From: Fimbriimonadaceae bacterium
GTDB taxonomy: Bacteria > Armatimonadota > Fimbriimonadia > Fimbriimonadales > Fimbriimonadaceae
DNA: 51,365 nucleotides
Reading direction: 5' to 3'
NCBI GenBank assembly: GCA_027492935.1
Contig: JAPUDU010000206.1
Location: 4,291-55,655, forward strand
Below, in pieces: positions 1 through 9,091 of the stretch (its first letter is position 1; each line of letters opens with the position of its first letter). A model generated the notes under the pieces. That model ran no database searches. It was not told where the DNA came from and was given only the letters and a program-made list of their open reading frames with translations. A program made the position numbers and the translations under genes.

Positions 1-20
1 GGCCCCTTTAAATTTTTAGC

Positions 21-1916
21 CTATGGCGCGACTTCCAACCACTGATCCCAAGTCGTATCAGCGGCGAATTTCATCCTCAAATAATCACTTCGATAAGCGG
101 CAAATGAGCCATTGCTTGAAAAGTCAATCGAAATACCATGACTGTTCGGTGACTGAGCATTGTGATACTCATACTTCACCGCATCATTGATCGCCGCCCG
201 AACAGCCGTTGCCTTTAACCGAATCGAACCCGGAATTGTATTATCTGCTTCGATTCGCAAGCAAACATCATACAAATCGCGATAGACCCGAGTAGCACCC
301 GGCGAATAGCTCTGTGCCGCATTGCGAATAGACTGAATCTGCGAAGCAATCGCCAAATTATTAGTCACCATGTCAGATGCCAAGTCCGAAATCGCCGTCG
401 CCACCGCATTCAACTTCGCCGTCTCAATTACGCTTTGCGTGATCTTTCGGAATTCATAAATCCCGCCCGGTGCCGCCTGCTCCTGCATTCCTTGAACAAA
501 CGCACTCGCCAGCACATCCGTAGCTCCATCCGGATTATCTCTAAAGTTGTCAAAAATCAAATGATAAGGGAAGCCTTCTCCTGGAGGGCTTTCTTCGCTA
601 CCCACCACATAATCCGCATGATTGCGAACCTCGTAAGCAACTTCCATCATCTGCATCAAGCTCGCATCCCAAGCCAAGATGTCAAAGTGTTGCCCAGCAA
701 AAGCCTGATCCGTTTCCCAACTCTTAATCGAAGTACCGTATTGGTCGTCGTAGCTAAACGCCCGAGTTGCCTCTTCGTCTCCCGACCGCTTCCATCCGTT
801 ACCGTGGTTCCATAGAATAATGCAGTACCGATCCGCCGGATAATTCGCTTTGCCCCAGGCAATAAAGTCTTTCAAAGTATCCGGATCACCCATATCAAGC
901 GCATTGCCATTGCTATCCCGCAAGTTGTTTTGCACGATGTCACTAACAATCGTTCCGTTGGTGGTCACTGCACCAGATGGGTCACTCTTCACTAAATACC
1001 GGCGTACACCATCAAATGTCGAACCAGAAAAGACACTCTTACTCTGTTTCCACTGAACAACAAACCGCACATTGGGGTTGGATGCCACTTTTTCCATCTG
1101 GTTCATATTCAGCGAGCTATAAGTGTAAAGGTCATTCGCTGCGTTCAAATAAACCAATACCGTCCATTTCGACTGTTGCGTCACACGCGGCGTAACCTGA
1201 ACCGGAACATTTTTAATAAGCGATGTGCTCGCCGAGCTAGCTCTCACCGTGCCATTGCCAACCCCTTGAGCCGTCAATTGCCCAACCGAGCTTATGGCGC
1301 CGATTGTCCCCGACACCGACCAAGTCACATCGCCAACTGGCAAAAACACAGTTTGATTCCCAATCTTAGGCGTCGCAACAAACTGAACAATTGTTTCCTC
1401 TTGTACCGAAACTGGGCTCGGCGCCACAACAATTTCCGTCGGCGTTACTCCATATTGGGAAGAAGCTGAAACCGATACCGAAGCTGGCGCTGAAGAACAA
1501 AGATCAACAATCTGACTAGATTCCCCCAGCACGGTTCCGCTCGCGTTAGCCCCTGTGTACAAAGTTGACTTCAATATATGAGTCCCCGCACTCACATTCG
1601 TCATTTGCAAATTGCTCGAACTCTGCCCCGATCGATTCAGCGAGTCCGAACGAATTGTAAACCCATCGGCATCAATAATCCGAATAACCTGGCTGGCGTT
1701 CGATGGCGAGCTGCCCCAAAGAGTCGAATAGTTAATTGTTCCCAATGCCGTGGTAACCGAGCAAGCCCCAACCCCGCGGTTCGAACCAGAGGAACTTCCT
1801 CCGCCACTTCCACCACCTCCACAACCCGCTAAAACTCCCACGCCTCCGCAAACAAGCAAGAAAACACCGGCACTTAACCAAGAAAATGACTTCACTTCTT
1901 TGGTGACGTTCAACAA
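21..1916 (-). CDS. Lipoprotein with Ig-like domain and C-terminal clostripain-like (peptidase C11) domain
   Basis: Lipobox LAGC followed by a Gly/Ser linker; Ig-like segment (VTWSVSGTIGAISSVGQLTA); C11 motifs KWTVLVYLNAANDL, WNHGNGW, SEESPPGEG. The expected DAC reads DAS. Start codon uncertain. Confidence 0.8.
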   Translation of the reverse strand: MLNVTKEVKSFSWLSAGVFLLVCGGVGVLAGCGGGGSGGGSSSGSNRGVGACSVTTALGTINYSTLWGSSPSNASQVIRIIDADGFTIRSDSLNRSGQSSSNLQMTNVSAGTHILKSTLYTGANASGTVLGESSQIVDLCSSAPASVSVSASSQYGVTPTEIVVAPSPVSVQEETIVQFVATPKIGNQTVFLPVGDVTWSVSGTIGAISSVGQLTAQGVGNGTVRASSASTSLIKNVPVQVTPRVTQQSKWTVLVYLNAANDLYTYSSLNMNQMEKVASNPNVRFVVQWKQSKSVFSGSTFDGVRRYLVKSDPSGAVTTNGTIVSDIVQNNLRDSNGNALDMGDPDTLKDFIAWGKANYPADRYCIILWNHGNGWKRSGDEEATRAFSYDDQYGTSIKSWETDQAFAGQHFDILAWDASLMQMMEVAYEVRNHADYVVGSEESPPGEGFPYHLIFDNFRDNPDGATDVLASAFVQGMQEQAAPGGIYEFRKITQSVIETAKLNAVATAISDLASDMVTNNLAIASQIQSIRNAAQSYSPGATRVYRDLYDVCLRIEADNTIPGSIRLKATAVRAAINDAVKYEYHNAQSPNSHGISIDFSSNGSFAAYRSDYLRMKFAADTTWDQWLEVAP

Positions 1917-1997
1917 GTGGAAATAGTTCTTGAAATAGCTTCAAATCGACTAGAGTTTGAGTCCTCAAAGGCCAACAATATTGTCAAGAGAGCAACC

Positions 1998-3039
1998 TTG
2001 GATTCACTGTTTGATCATTTAGTTAATTGGCGAAATCTACCCGCCGATTCCCCCGAAGAACTACAACTTCGCGAGGGGCTAATCCAACGCATTAATCAGC
2101 TCGAATCTGCCGAAAGAGAAGCGATGGTGCTCAAACGCATCGGAACCGCATTCAAGCTCCACCAAACCGTGCAGCCATCAGCTCTTCACGCATCTCGCCG
2201 TCCGAGTCTGGGTTAATAAAAACGGCAAGCTCACATCTGTCGCCACAGCCCAAGATCGCCCCGGACGAGGCAATATCCCTCTTACATCCGCACCCGAACA
2301 CGTCACCCACATCTCGACCTGGGAAATCTGGGACACTTGTTTTAGGGCTCTCCTCCCCCTCCAAGTCGCTGGTGAAAAACTGGGATACCTCGAACTCTTT
2401 GCCCCTCAAACAACCGAATCGTTTCTTACCGAAAGAGATCTCCACCAAACCATCGCCGAACAACTCTCTCTCGTTATCGAATCCGCAATTTTGTTTGAAC
2501 ACACCGAAACGATGGCCACAACTGACCCTCTCACCGGTCTATCCAACCACAGAACCCTTCAAGATTTCCTCGCTGAACAATGCGAAGATGTCCGCCGACA
2601 CCGCCACAAAGTTGGCGTCGTCATGGTCGATGTCGATCACTTCCGCCTGTTCAACGAAACGTACGGTCACGATGCCGGTGACGACGTGCTCCGCCGCGTC
2701 GGCAAAGCTCTCCAGCGAGCCGTTGGCGAAAAAGGATTAGCCGCCCGATACGGAGGCGAAGAGTTCACCCTCATCCTTCCTGGTGCCGACGAACAAACAA
2801 CCGAAATCATAGGCTTATCCGCTCTCGATTCCATCCGGAAAATCGTATTCGTTGCCTCCGATGGCGAGCAAAAACCTATCACTGCATCCCTCGGATACGC
2901 CACTGCCCCCAACAACGGCATTCATCCTCAAAAAATTCTCAAAGTTGCTGATCTTGCCCTCTATGCCGCTAAGCATAACGGTCGAAACCAAGTGTGCGGG
3001 CCAGACCGCATTCCAAAAGAAAGCCAACTTGCCGCCTAA
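1998..3039 (+). pseudogene. GAF-GGDEF diguanylate cyclase with an apparent frameshift near 2165-2185 (GGDEF part 2491-3039 is intact)
   Basis: GGDEF motifs TDPLTGLSN, DVDHFRLFNETYGHDAGD, RYGGEEF. That frame is open from 2083 with GAF-like text (LLPLQVAGEKLGYLEL...IAEQLSLVIESAILFE). The plausible N-terminus (TTG at 1998) lies in another frame that stops at 2216. Confidence 0.7.
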
Positions 3040-3095
3040 TTCCTAGGCGATTCGGCCCAAAATCAGACCAACCGACCCGAACACAACTCAAGTCC

Positions 3096-3125
3096 TTGCT
3101 ACCACACTACAACTCCTGCCATAAT
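3096..3125 (+). promoter_or_regulatory. Putative sigma70-type promoter for rplU-rpmA
   Basis: TTGCTA-N18-CATAAT with an extended -10 TG, about 50 nt upstream of rplU. Confidence 0.4.
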
Positions 3126-3177
3126 TTTTGTTCGCGACTTCACGTCTGAGGCACGTTGGCCTTAGAGGAATTGGATC

Positions 3178-3495
3178 ATGTACGCAATTGTCAAAACGGG
3201 TGGAAAACAGTATAAAGCTGAAAAGGATGAGATGATCATCGTTGAAAAGCTTGAAGGCGAAGCCGGCGATGCCGTCGAGCTGAGCGAAATCGTAATGGTT
3301 TGTGATGGTGATAAAGTCACCATCGGCAGTCCTTTGGTTAAAGGCGCAAAGGTCAAGGCGACCATCGTCCGACAAGGTAAAGCCAAAAAAATTAACGGAT
3401 TCAACTACAAGGCTAAGAAGAACCAACGCAAGCGCTGGGGCCACCGACAACCACAAACCACCCTTCGGATCACCGAAGTCGCAGGCGGTAAATAA
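3178..3495 (+). CDS. rplU: 50S ribosomal protein L21
   Basis: MYAIVKTGGKQYK N-terminus, GHRQ motif, adjacent to L27. Confidence 0.98.
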   Translation: MYAIVKTGGKQYKAEKDEMIIVEKLEGEAGDAVELSEIVMVCDGDKVTIGSPLVKGAKVKATIVRQGKAKKINGFNYKAKKNQRKRWGHRQPQTTLRITEVAGGK

Positions 3496-3498
3496 TCA

Positions 3499-3762
3499 AT
3501 GGCACATAAGAAAGGGCAAGGCTCATCCAAAAACGGTCGCGATTCAAATTCCAACCGCTTAGGCGTTAAAATCTACGGCGGACAAGTTGTTAAACCCGGA
3601 ATGATCATCGTTCGACAACGCGGTACCAAATTCCACAAAGGCGAAAACGTCGGCATGGGTAACGATCACACCATCTTCGCAAAGATTGATGGCGTCGTAA
3701 CCTTCGAAGGCCCAAAAGACAAGCGCCGCATCAGCGTCTACGCTAACCAAGCATCTGCTTAG
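3499..3762 (+). CDS. rpmA: 50S ribosomal protein L27
   Basis: [16 protein letters not shown]...[11 protein letters not shown]. Confidence 0.98.
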   Translation: MAHKKGQGSSKNGRDSNSNRLGVKIYGGQVVKPGMIIVRQRGTKFHKGENVGMGNDHTIFAKIDGVVTFEGPKDKRRISVYANQASA

Positions 3763-3785
3763 TTTTTAAAAGCTCGTAGAAATTT

Positions 3786-3823
3786 ACAGCTCCGATTCTT
3801 TGAATCGGAGCTGTTTTTCTTTT
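3786..3823 (+). terminator. Intrinsic terminator after rpmA
   Basis: ACAGCTCCGATTC-TTT-GAATCGGAGCTGT followed by a T-tract. Confidence 0.9.
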
Positions 3824-3862
3824 ACACCAAAAGCGAATCCTCTACTCACTGTCAATTCAAAC

Positions 3863-4822
3863 TCAAACAATCCCGCTCCGCAGCAAATCTTTCAACACCA
3901 ACAACCCAACCAACCGACCGTCCGCCACCACCGGCATCTCCCCAATCTTCTTGGGATAGTTCTGGAACGCCTCAAACGCATCAATCGCCAGCAACCCCGG
4001 CTCCACGGTCGGCCCACCCGAACTCATCAAATCTTTTGCCGTCCCTGTCGTCACCGAATGCCCATCCACAATCCATCTCCGCAAGTCGCCATCCGAAACA
4101 AACCCTAATAACTCACCAGAATCCCCAACCACACATGCCCCTCCCGCTCCTGCCGAAGTAATCGACCGCATCAAATCCACAACCGTCGAATCCGGCGTCC
4201 CTACCGCCAAATCTTCGCCCTGTCGCATCACATCCTGAACCGTCAGCAACAGACGTTTGCCCAAAGCCCCCGCCGGATGGAACTTGGCAAAGTCTTCACT
4301 CCCAAACTGGCGCTCTTCCATAACCGCAACTGCTAACGCATCACTCATCGCCAACATCAAAGTCGTGGAAGTCGTCGGAGCCAAGTTATTCGGACAAGCC
4401 TCTTTCTCAACCCCAACATTCAAAACTAAGTCCGCCGACCTTGCCGCCGAGCTCTGTGGCCGCCCTGTCATGACCGCACTCTTCGCCCCGATCGCCCGGA
4501 AACTCGGAAACAAGCGCACAACCTCGTCCGTTTCACCCGAATAAGTGTAAGCCAGAACAACATCGTGCTCCGTCACCATTCCAAGATCACCATGTACAGC
4601 CTCCGCCGCATGCAAAAAGAACGAAGGTGTCCCCGTCGATGCAAAAGTTGCCGCCGCTTTCTCAGCAATATGGCCACTTTTCCCAATCCCACAAGTCACC
4701 AATCGACCGCGACAACCCAAAATCCACTCCATCATCAACGAAAATTCGCTTTCAATCGCCTGCGATTTAGCAACTAACGCATCCGCTTCTTCTCGTAAAA
4801 CCCGTGAAATCGCTCCGCTCAT
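3863..4822 (-). CDS. kdsD: KpsF/GutQ family arabinose-5-phosphate isomerase (SIS domain + CBS pair)
   Basis: GIGKSGHIAEKAAATFASTGTP, EAVHGDLG, EACPNNLAPTTST, FHPAGALG, C-terminal CBS domains. Confidence 0.9.
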   Translation of the reverse strand: MSGAISRVLREEADALVAKSQAIESEFSLMMEWILGCRGRLVTCGIGKSGHIAEKAAATFASTGTPSFFLHAAEAVHGDLGMVTEHDVVLAYTYSGETDEVVRLFPSFRAIGAKSAVMTGRPQSSAARSADLVLNVGVEKEACPNNLAPTTSTTLMLAMSDALAVAVMEERQFGSEDFAKFHPAGALGKRLLLTVQDVMRQGEDLAVGTPDSTVVDLMRSITSAGAGGACVVGDSGELLGFVSDGDLRRWIVDGHSVTTGTAKDLMSSGGPTVEPGLLAIDAFEAFQNYPKKIGEMPVVADGRLVGLLVLKDLLRSGIV

Positions 4823-5812
4823 TTATCGACCATTCCTTCCGCGCATCGTGCGTTTACCGAACAGCGAACCCACCCATTCAACCGCCGCAATCGTCGTATT
4901 CGACCCCATATCTTCCATAGGATTCACTTCCACTAAGTCCAAACCAAGCAACTCATAAGGAGAAGTCGGCGCCGTCAACATCTCAAAAAGTAACTCAGCC
5001 AACAAGTGTCCTTCTCGATAAGTGAGTCCCCCCCGAACAGCCGTACCTGTACCTGGCGCAAGAACAGGATCAAGCGAATCCACATCAAAGCTCAACCAAA
5101 GTTTTTTTGCTCCAATTCGCCGCAACCACGCATCAATTTCTTCCAAAATCGCAGCCATCCCCAAGTGATCAACATCATGCATTGTCCAAGCTGTATCAAT
5201 ACCCAACTGAGAATAATGCGCTACCTCACCCGCATCAACGTCCCGCAACCCGAGCCAACCCATATGGTCAGCTTTCAAACCTGGTTGAGGCACAATCTCC
5301 TCTAAAATTCTGTTCCAGTACCGTGGAGCTTCCGCGTCACGAGATTCAGCACCCGTGTCCAATCGAATCAGAGCAGCCACGGGCATCCCATGAAAGTTCC
5401 CCGAACCACTGGTCGAAGGCGTATTCAAATCCATATGAGCATCAATCCAAAGCACCGCCGTATCATCCGATCCCGCTGCTTTCATAGCTCCTGAAATTGA
5501 TCCCATCGAAAGACTATGATCGCCACCCAACACCACAGGAATCGCTCCGCGATTCACACTTCCCTCAACCGCATCTGAGAGCGCAGAATAAGCCCGCAAA
5601 GCCAAATCCATCTTCTCCACATAGCTCCCTGGCAACTCATAGTCAAGGTCAACAACATCCCCCATCGATGCCGTTCTGTAGCCCAAGTCGCTAATCGTCT
5701 TACGAATTTGCTTCAACCGCAAAGCTCCCGGCCCTAACCTGGCCCCATAGATTCGCCCACACAAATCAAACGGCGCACCCCATAATTCGACCGCTCTATT
5801 CTCCAAATTCAC
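4823..5812 (-). CDS. rocF: Arginase
   Basis: GGDHS, DAHMDLNT, GNFHGMP, SFDVDSLDP, APGTGTAVRGG. Confidence 0.9.
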   Translation of the reverse strand: MNLENRAVELWGAPFDLCGRIYGARLGPGALRLKQIRKTISDLGYRTASMGDVVDLDYELPGSYVEKMDLALRAYSALSDAVEGSVNRGAIPVVLGGDHSLSMGSISGAMKAAGSDDTAVLWIDAHMDLNTPSTSGSGNFHGMPVAALIRLDTGAESRDAEAPRYWNRILEEIVPQPGLKADHMGWLGLRDVDAGEVAHYSQLGIDTAWTMHDVDHLGMAAILEEIDAWLRRIGAKKLWLSFDVDSLDPVLAPGTGTAVRGGLTYREGHLLAELLFEMLTAPTSPYELLGLDLVEVNPMEDMGSNTTIAAVEWVGSLFGKRTMRGRNGR

Positions 5813-5869
5813 ATCGCTATTCTACTTGGACTCAAAGCCAACCTCATATCCGCTTGTAAACTTGACCCA

Positions 5870-6442
5870 ATGTCTAACCGTGTCGGTGTGCTCGCAATTC
5901 AAGGGAGTTTCAGCAAACACATAGAATCACTTATCCGATCAGGTCATCCCGAAAACCAAATCGCCGAAGTCCGCACTCCGAATGATCTCAACCAAGTGGA
6001 TCGTCTTATCATCCCGGGCGGCGAAAGCACAACCGTCGGCCTTCTCATGCAACACGTCGGCCTAGATAAAGAAATCCCCAACCGCGCCAAAAACGGAATG
6101 CCAATCTGGGGAACATGCATGGGCATGATTTTGCTCGCCAACGAAATCGAAGACAAAACCCAATTCTCTCTAAACCTTCTCGACATAACCGTCCGGCGAA
6201 ACGCCTTCGGTGCTCAAGTCTATAGCTTCGAAACCCAACTGCCCCTCAATGGCCTCGATGAACCTCTCGAAGCTGTTTTCATCCGCGCCCCAATTGTCAC
6301 TCGTATCGGCCCAGAGGTAAAAACTCTAGCCACCTATCAAGACAAAGTTGTCGCCGTCCAGCAAGGGAAAATAATCGGCACCAGTTTCCATCCCGAGCTC
6401 ACCAACGACACTCGCCTCCACGAGATATTCTTAGCTCTATAG
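5870..6442 (+). CDS. pdxT: Pyridoxal 5'-phosphate synthase glutaminase subunit
   Basis: GVLAIQG, PGGEST, GTCMG, RNAFG, VFIRAP, FHPEL. Confidence 0.95.
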   Translation: MSNRVGVLAIQGSFSKHIESLIRSGHPENQIAEVRTPNDLNQVDRLIIPGGESTTVGLLMQHVGLDKEIPNRAKNGMPIWGTCMGMILLANEIEDKTQFSLNLLDITVRRNAFGAQVYSFETQLPLNGLDEPLEAVFIRAPIVTRIGPEVKTLATYQDKVVAVQQGKIIGTSFHPELTNDTRLHEIFLAL

Positions 6443-6478
6443 CCGAGTCATCTTTTCCCAAGATACAATCCACAAATA

Positions 6479-6910
6479 ATGGCAAGAGTCACCACATATC
6501 TCAACTTCCCTCGATCAACCGAAGAAGCATTCAACTTCTATCGAACAATTTTTGGCACCGAATTCATCGGCCCAATCATGCGCTTCGGCAGCGTTCCTTC
6601 CCCTGATGGACAACCTGGCCCTTCTGATGCCGATAAAGACCTCGTCATGCACGTCGCTCTCCCAATCCTGGGGGGACACGTTCTCATGGGCACAGATGCA
6701 CCTGACACAATGGGGTTCACCCTCACATTCGGTAACAACATTCACATCAACCTAGAACCCGATACAAAGCAAGAGGCCGATCAACTGTTTGAGGCATTGA
6801 GCCAAGGCGGAACCGTTGGCATGCCGCTTACAGACATGTATTGGGGCGCCTATTTCGGATTCCTCACCGACAAATACGGCGTGCATTGGATGTTCAACGT
6901 CCCTGCCTAA
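6479..6910 (+). CDS. VOC/PhnB (glyoxalase-like) family protein
   Basis: YLNF..EEAFNFY, VMHVAL, GMPLTDMYWGAYFGFLTDKYGVHWM. Confidence 0.9.
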   Translation: MARVTTYLNFPRSTEEAFNFYRTIFGTEFIGPIMRFGSVPSPDGQPGPSDADKDLVMHVALPILGGHVLMGTDAPDTMGFTLTFGNNIHINLEPDTKQEADQLFEALSQGGTVGMPLTDMYWGAYFGFLTDKYGVHWMFNVPA

Positions 6911-6912
6911 AA

Positions 6913-7028
6913 TTCAAAAAGCCTCTCCACTAATCTAAAAGTGGAGAGGCTTAAAATAATAGTGCCCGGCTCCGAGGGCTCAGAGACCGGGCTTTTGGGT
7001 TTTGGGAGAAGAAAAAACCTTGCTTTCT
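6913..7028 (-). ncRNA. Candidate small RNA of about 115 nt
   Basis: Upstream GGAAC-N17-GTCAAA promoter-like motif, a UUCUUCUCCC tract, an internal GC-rich hairpin and a terminator; no long ORF. Confidence 0.4.
6915..6952. terminator. Intrinsic terminator hairpin; the U-tract is on the minus strand
   Basis: AAGCCTCTCCACT-loop-AGTGGAGAGGCTT preceded by an A-run. Confidence 0.8.
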
Positions 7029-7072
7029 GTTTCTTTTGACTCCTACCCGCAATCCTTGTTCCAAGGTCCTAA

Positions 7073-8089
7073 TTACAACGCAATAGACTGAAGATTATAA
7101 GTAACTCGTTCCGTACTCCCAAACATTGTTCGGTCAACAACAGGTAATTCCGAAAGCCCACCCCAACCGCCATCCCAAACTTTGCCCGAACCAAACTCCA
7201 TATCCCCGTGATAAAGCACAAGCTCCTGACCAACTCCCAAGACAAGAAATCGCCTCAAAGTCTCTGCCCCACCTTCAACTAACACTCCGCGAATCCCCTG
7301 AGAAAACAAATACTCCAAAATTCCATCGACGCTCAGATCCTGATCCCCAAACCGATTCAACCAAATCGTTCTCGCCGAATCATCAAACACCCGTTCGTTG
7401 CCAGAAAGTCGCTTCCACGGATCAAGCACAATCCGAACCGGCTGATTCACAACCCCAGGAATGCGAGCTGTCAGCAAAGGATTATCCGACAAAACCGTTC
7501 CTCGACCAACAAGCACACTCCCCCTCTCTGCCCGCAAACGATGCCCATCCAAGCGCGCCTCATCCGAACTTATCCATTGACTCGTTCCATCCTCGCGCGC
7601 TAAAAATCCATCCCGCGTAACCGCCGCCTTCAAGGTAACAAAGGGCCGCTTATGCTCCATCGCAAACAAAAACTGCCGATTAACCGCTCGAGCCTCCGCC
7701 TCTAGGACTCCGAGTTCAACCTCAACTCCCTCATGGCACAAAAACTCCGCCCCCCCCTGTGCAGTCTCGTTCGGATCGCTCACCGCATAAACAACCCGGC
7801 GTACCCCTGCCTCAAGCAAAGCCACCGAACATGGCCCCGTCAGGCCAATATGATTGCAAGGCTCCAAGGTGACATAAGCTGTTGCTCCTTTTGCTGATTC
7901 GCAAGACTCCAAAGCAACAACCTCTGCATGCGGCCCTCCCCAATGATCATGAAAGCCTTCCCCAACCACAAACCCATCCCGCACCAGCACACACCCAACC
8001 CGAGGATTCGGTGCCGGAAATCCTCCCTGCGCAAGCTTTACTGCCCGCGCCATAAACTGAGCATCAAGTTCGAGGGACTTCATTGTCAT
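7073..8089 (-). CDS. ribD: Riboflavin biosynthesis deaminase/reductase
   Basis: PNPRVGCV, PHAEV, TLEPCNH..TGPC, DNPLLTAR, VLVEGG. Confidence 0.95.
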   Translation of the reverse strand: MTMKSLELDAQFMARAVKLAQGGFPAPNPRVGCVLVRDGFVVGEGFHDHWGGPHAEVVALESCESAKGATAYVTLEPCNHIGLTGPCSVALLEAGVRRVVYAVSDPNETAQGGAEFLCHEGVEVELGVLEAEARAVNRQFLFAMEHKRPFVTLKAAVTRDGFLAREDGTSQWISSDEARLDGHRLRAERGSVLVGRGTVLSDNPLLTARIPGVVNQPVRIVLDPWKRLSGNERVFDDSARTIWLNRFGDQDLSVDGILEYLFSQGIRGVLVEGGAETLRRFLVLGVGQELVLYHGDMEFGSGKVWDGGWGGLSELPVVDRTMFGSTERVTYNLQSIAL

Positions 8090-8456
8090 CCGGCCAATCT
8101 TCCGGTTTGGTTTCTAAATCCTCCGGGAATCCTTCGCTAACATCCCGCTGATCCTTCATCGAAAAATCAGGTTCTTCATGGTCGCGCAAGCTCCCCTCAA
8201 CAAAAACCTTCATATTGCGCTCCGCTTCCTCTTTCAGACTCTTGGTCGTCTGTCGCAAAACAATCATCGCGCAAACAATCGCTGCCATCGCAACAAGAGC
8301 AATCACCAAAATATAAGTGCCGAACATTGCCGCATAAACCGCCAACTCCCGCTTAGGAGCCGACTTATCGGGTTGACGCGCTAACAAAAAAGGAATACCG
8401 CAAAGCAATCCCACCCCAAAAACCATCAAACCAGTAGTAAAAGTCTTTAGGCGCAT
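8064..8456 (-). CDS. Hypothetical two-TM membrane protein
   Basis: Two hydrophobic helices; overlaps rpe and ribD in an operon-like arrangement. Confidence 0.65.
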   Translation of the reverse strand: MRLKTFTTGLMVFGVGLLCGIPFLLARQPDKSAPKRELAVYAAMFGTYILVIALVAMAAIVCAMIVLRQTTKSLKEEAERNMKVFVEGSLRDHEEPDFSMKDQRDVSEGFPEDLETKPEDWPDDNEVPRT

Positions 8457-9091
8457 TCCGCCCTCAAAGAAGCAATTCCTTCCGAAATCGAGGGCGCGCG
8501 CATCAAATAACTTCCGGTGACAAAATCTGTTGCCCCCGCACGATAAAGCTTCTGGATAGTATCTGGGTCAACGCCACCATCAACCTGAATCGCAAGTCGA
8601 GGGCGCATCGCACGAATCGCTTTCACCTTGCCCAAACAAGATTCAATAAACTTCTGCCCACCCCAACCCGGATTGACCGTCATCACCAATGCCAAATCCA
8701 TCACGTCAAACAAAGGCTCAAGTTGTAAAACCTGCGTACCGGGATTAATCGCTACACCTGCCTGAACACCTCGCTCTCTCAAGCTCTGACAAAGCCGGTA
8801 AGCGTGCGGTGCAACTTCCGCATGGAAAATCACTCGTTTACAACCAGCTTCAACAAAAGCGTCAATATGCAACTCCGGCGTGAGCGTCATTAAATGCGCC
8901 TCAACCGGAATATTAACGTGCTTACAAATACTCTTAGCCAGTTCAGCACCAAAAGTAATCGGAGGCACAAACTGACCATCCATGACATCCAAATGAATCC
9001 AATCAGCACCCGCTGATTCCATCTTCATCACCGGATTCAAGAAATCAGCTGGATCGCAACTCAAAATAGATGGGCAGATTTTGATTGACAT
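8447..9091 (-). CDS. rpe: Ribulose-phosphate 3-epimerase
   Basis: PSILS, HLDVMDGQFVP, HLM, MTVNPGWGGQ, VDGG. Confidence 0.96.
   Translation of the reverse strand: MSIKICPSILSCDPADFLNPVMKMESAGADWIHLDVMDGQFVPPITFGAELAKSICKHVNIPVEAHLMTLTPELHIDAFVEAGCKRVIFHAEVAPHAYRLCQSLRERGVQAGVAINPGTQVLQLEPLFDVMDLALVMTVNPGWGGQKFIESCLGKVKAIRAMRPRLAIQVDGGVDPDTIQKLYRAGATDFVTGSYLMRAPSISEGIASLRAECA

Noticed and set aside
5870-6442. pdxT without an adjacent pdxS
   Set aside because: Split pdxS/pdxT loci are not rare, and pdxS may lie outside the window.
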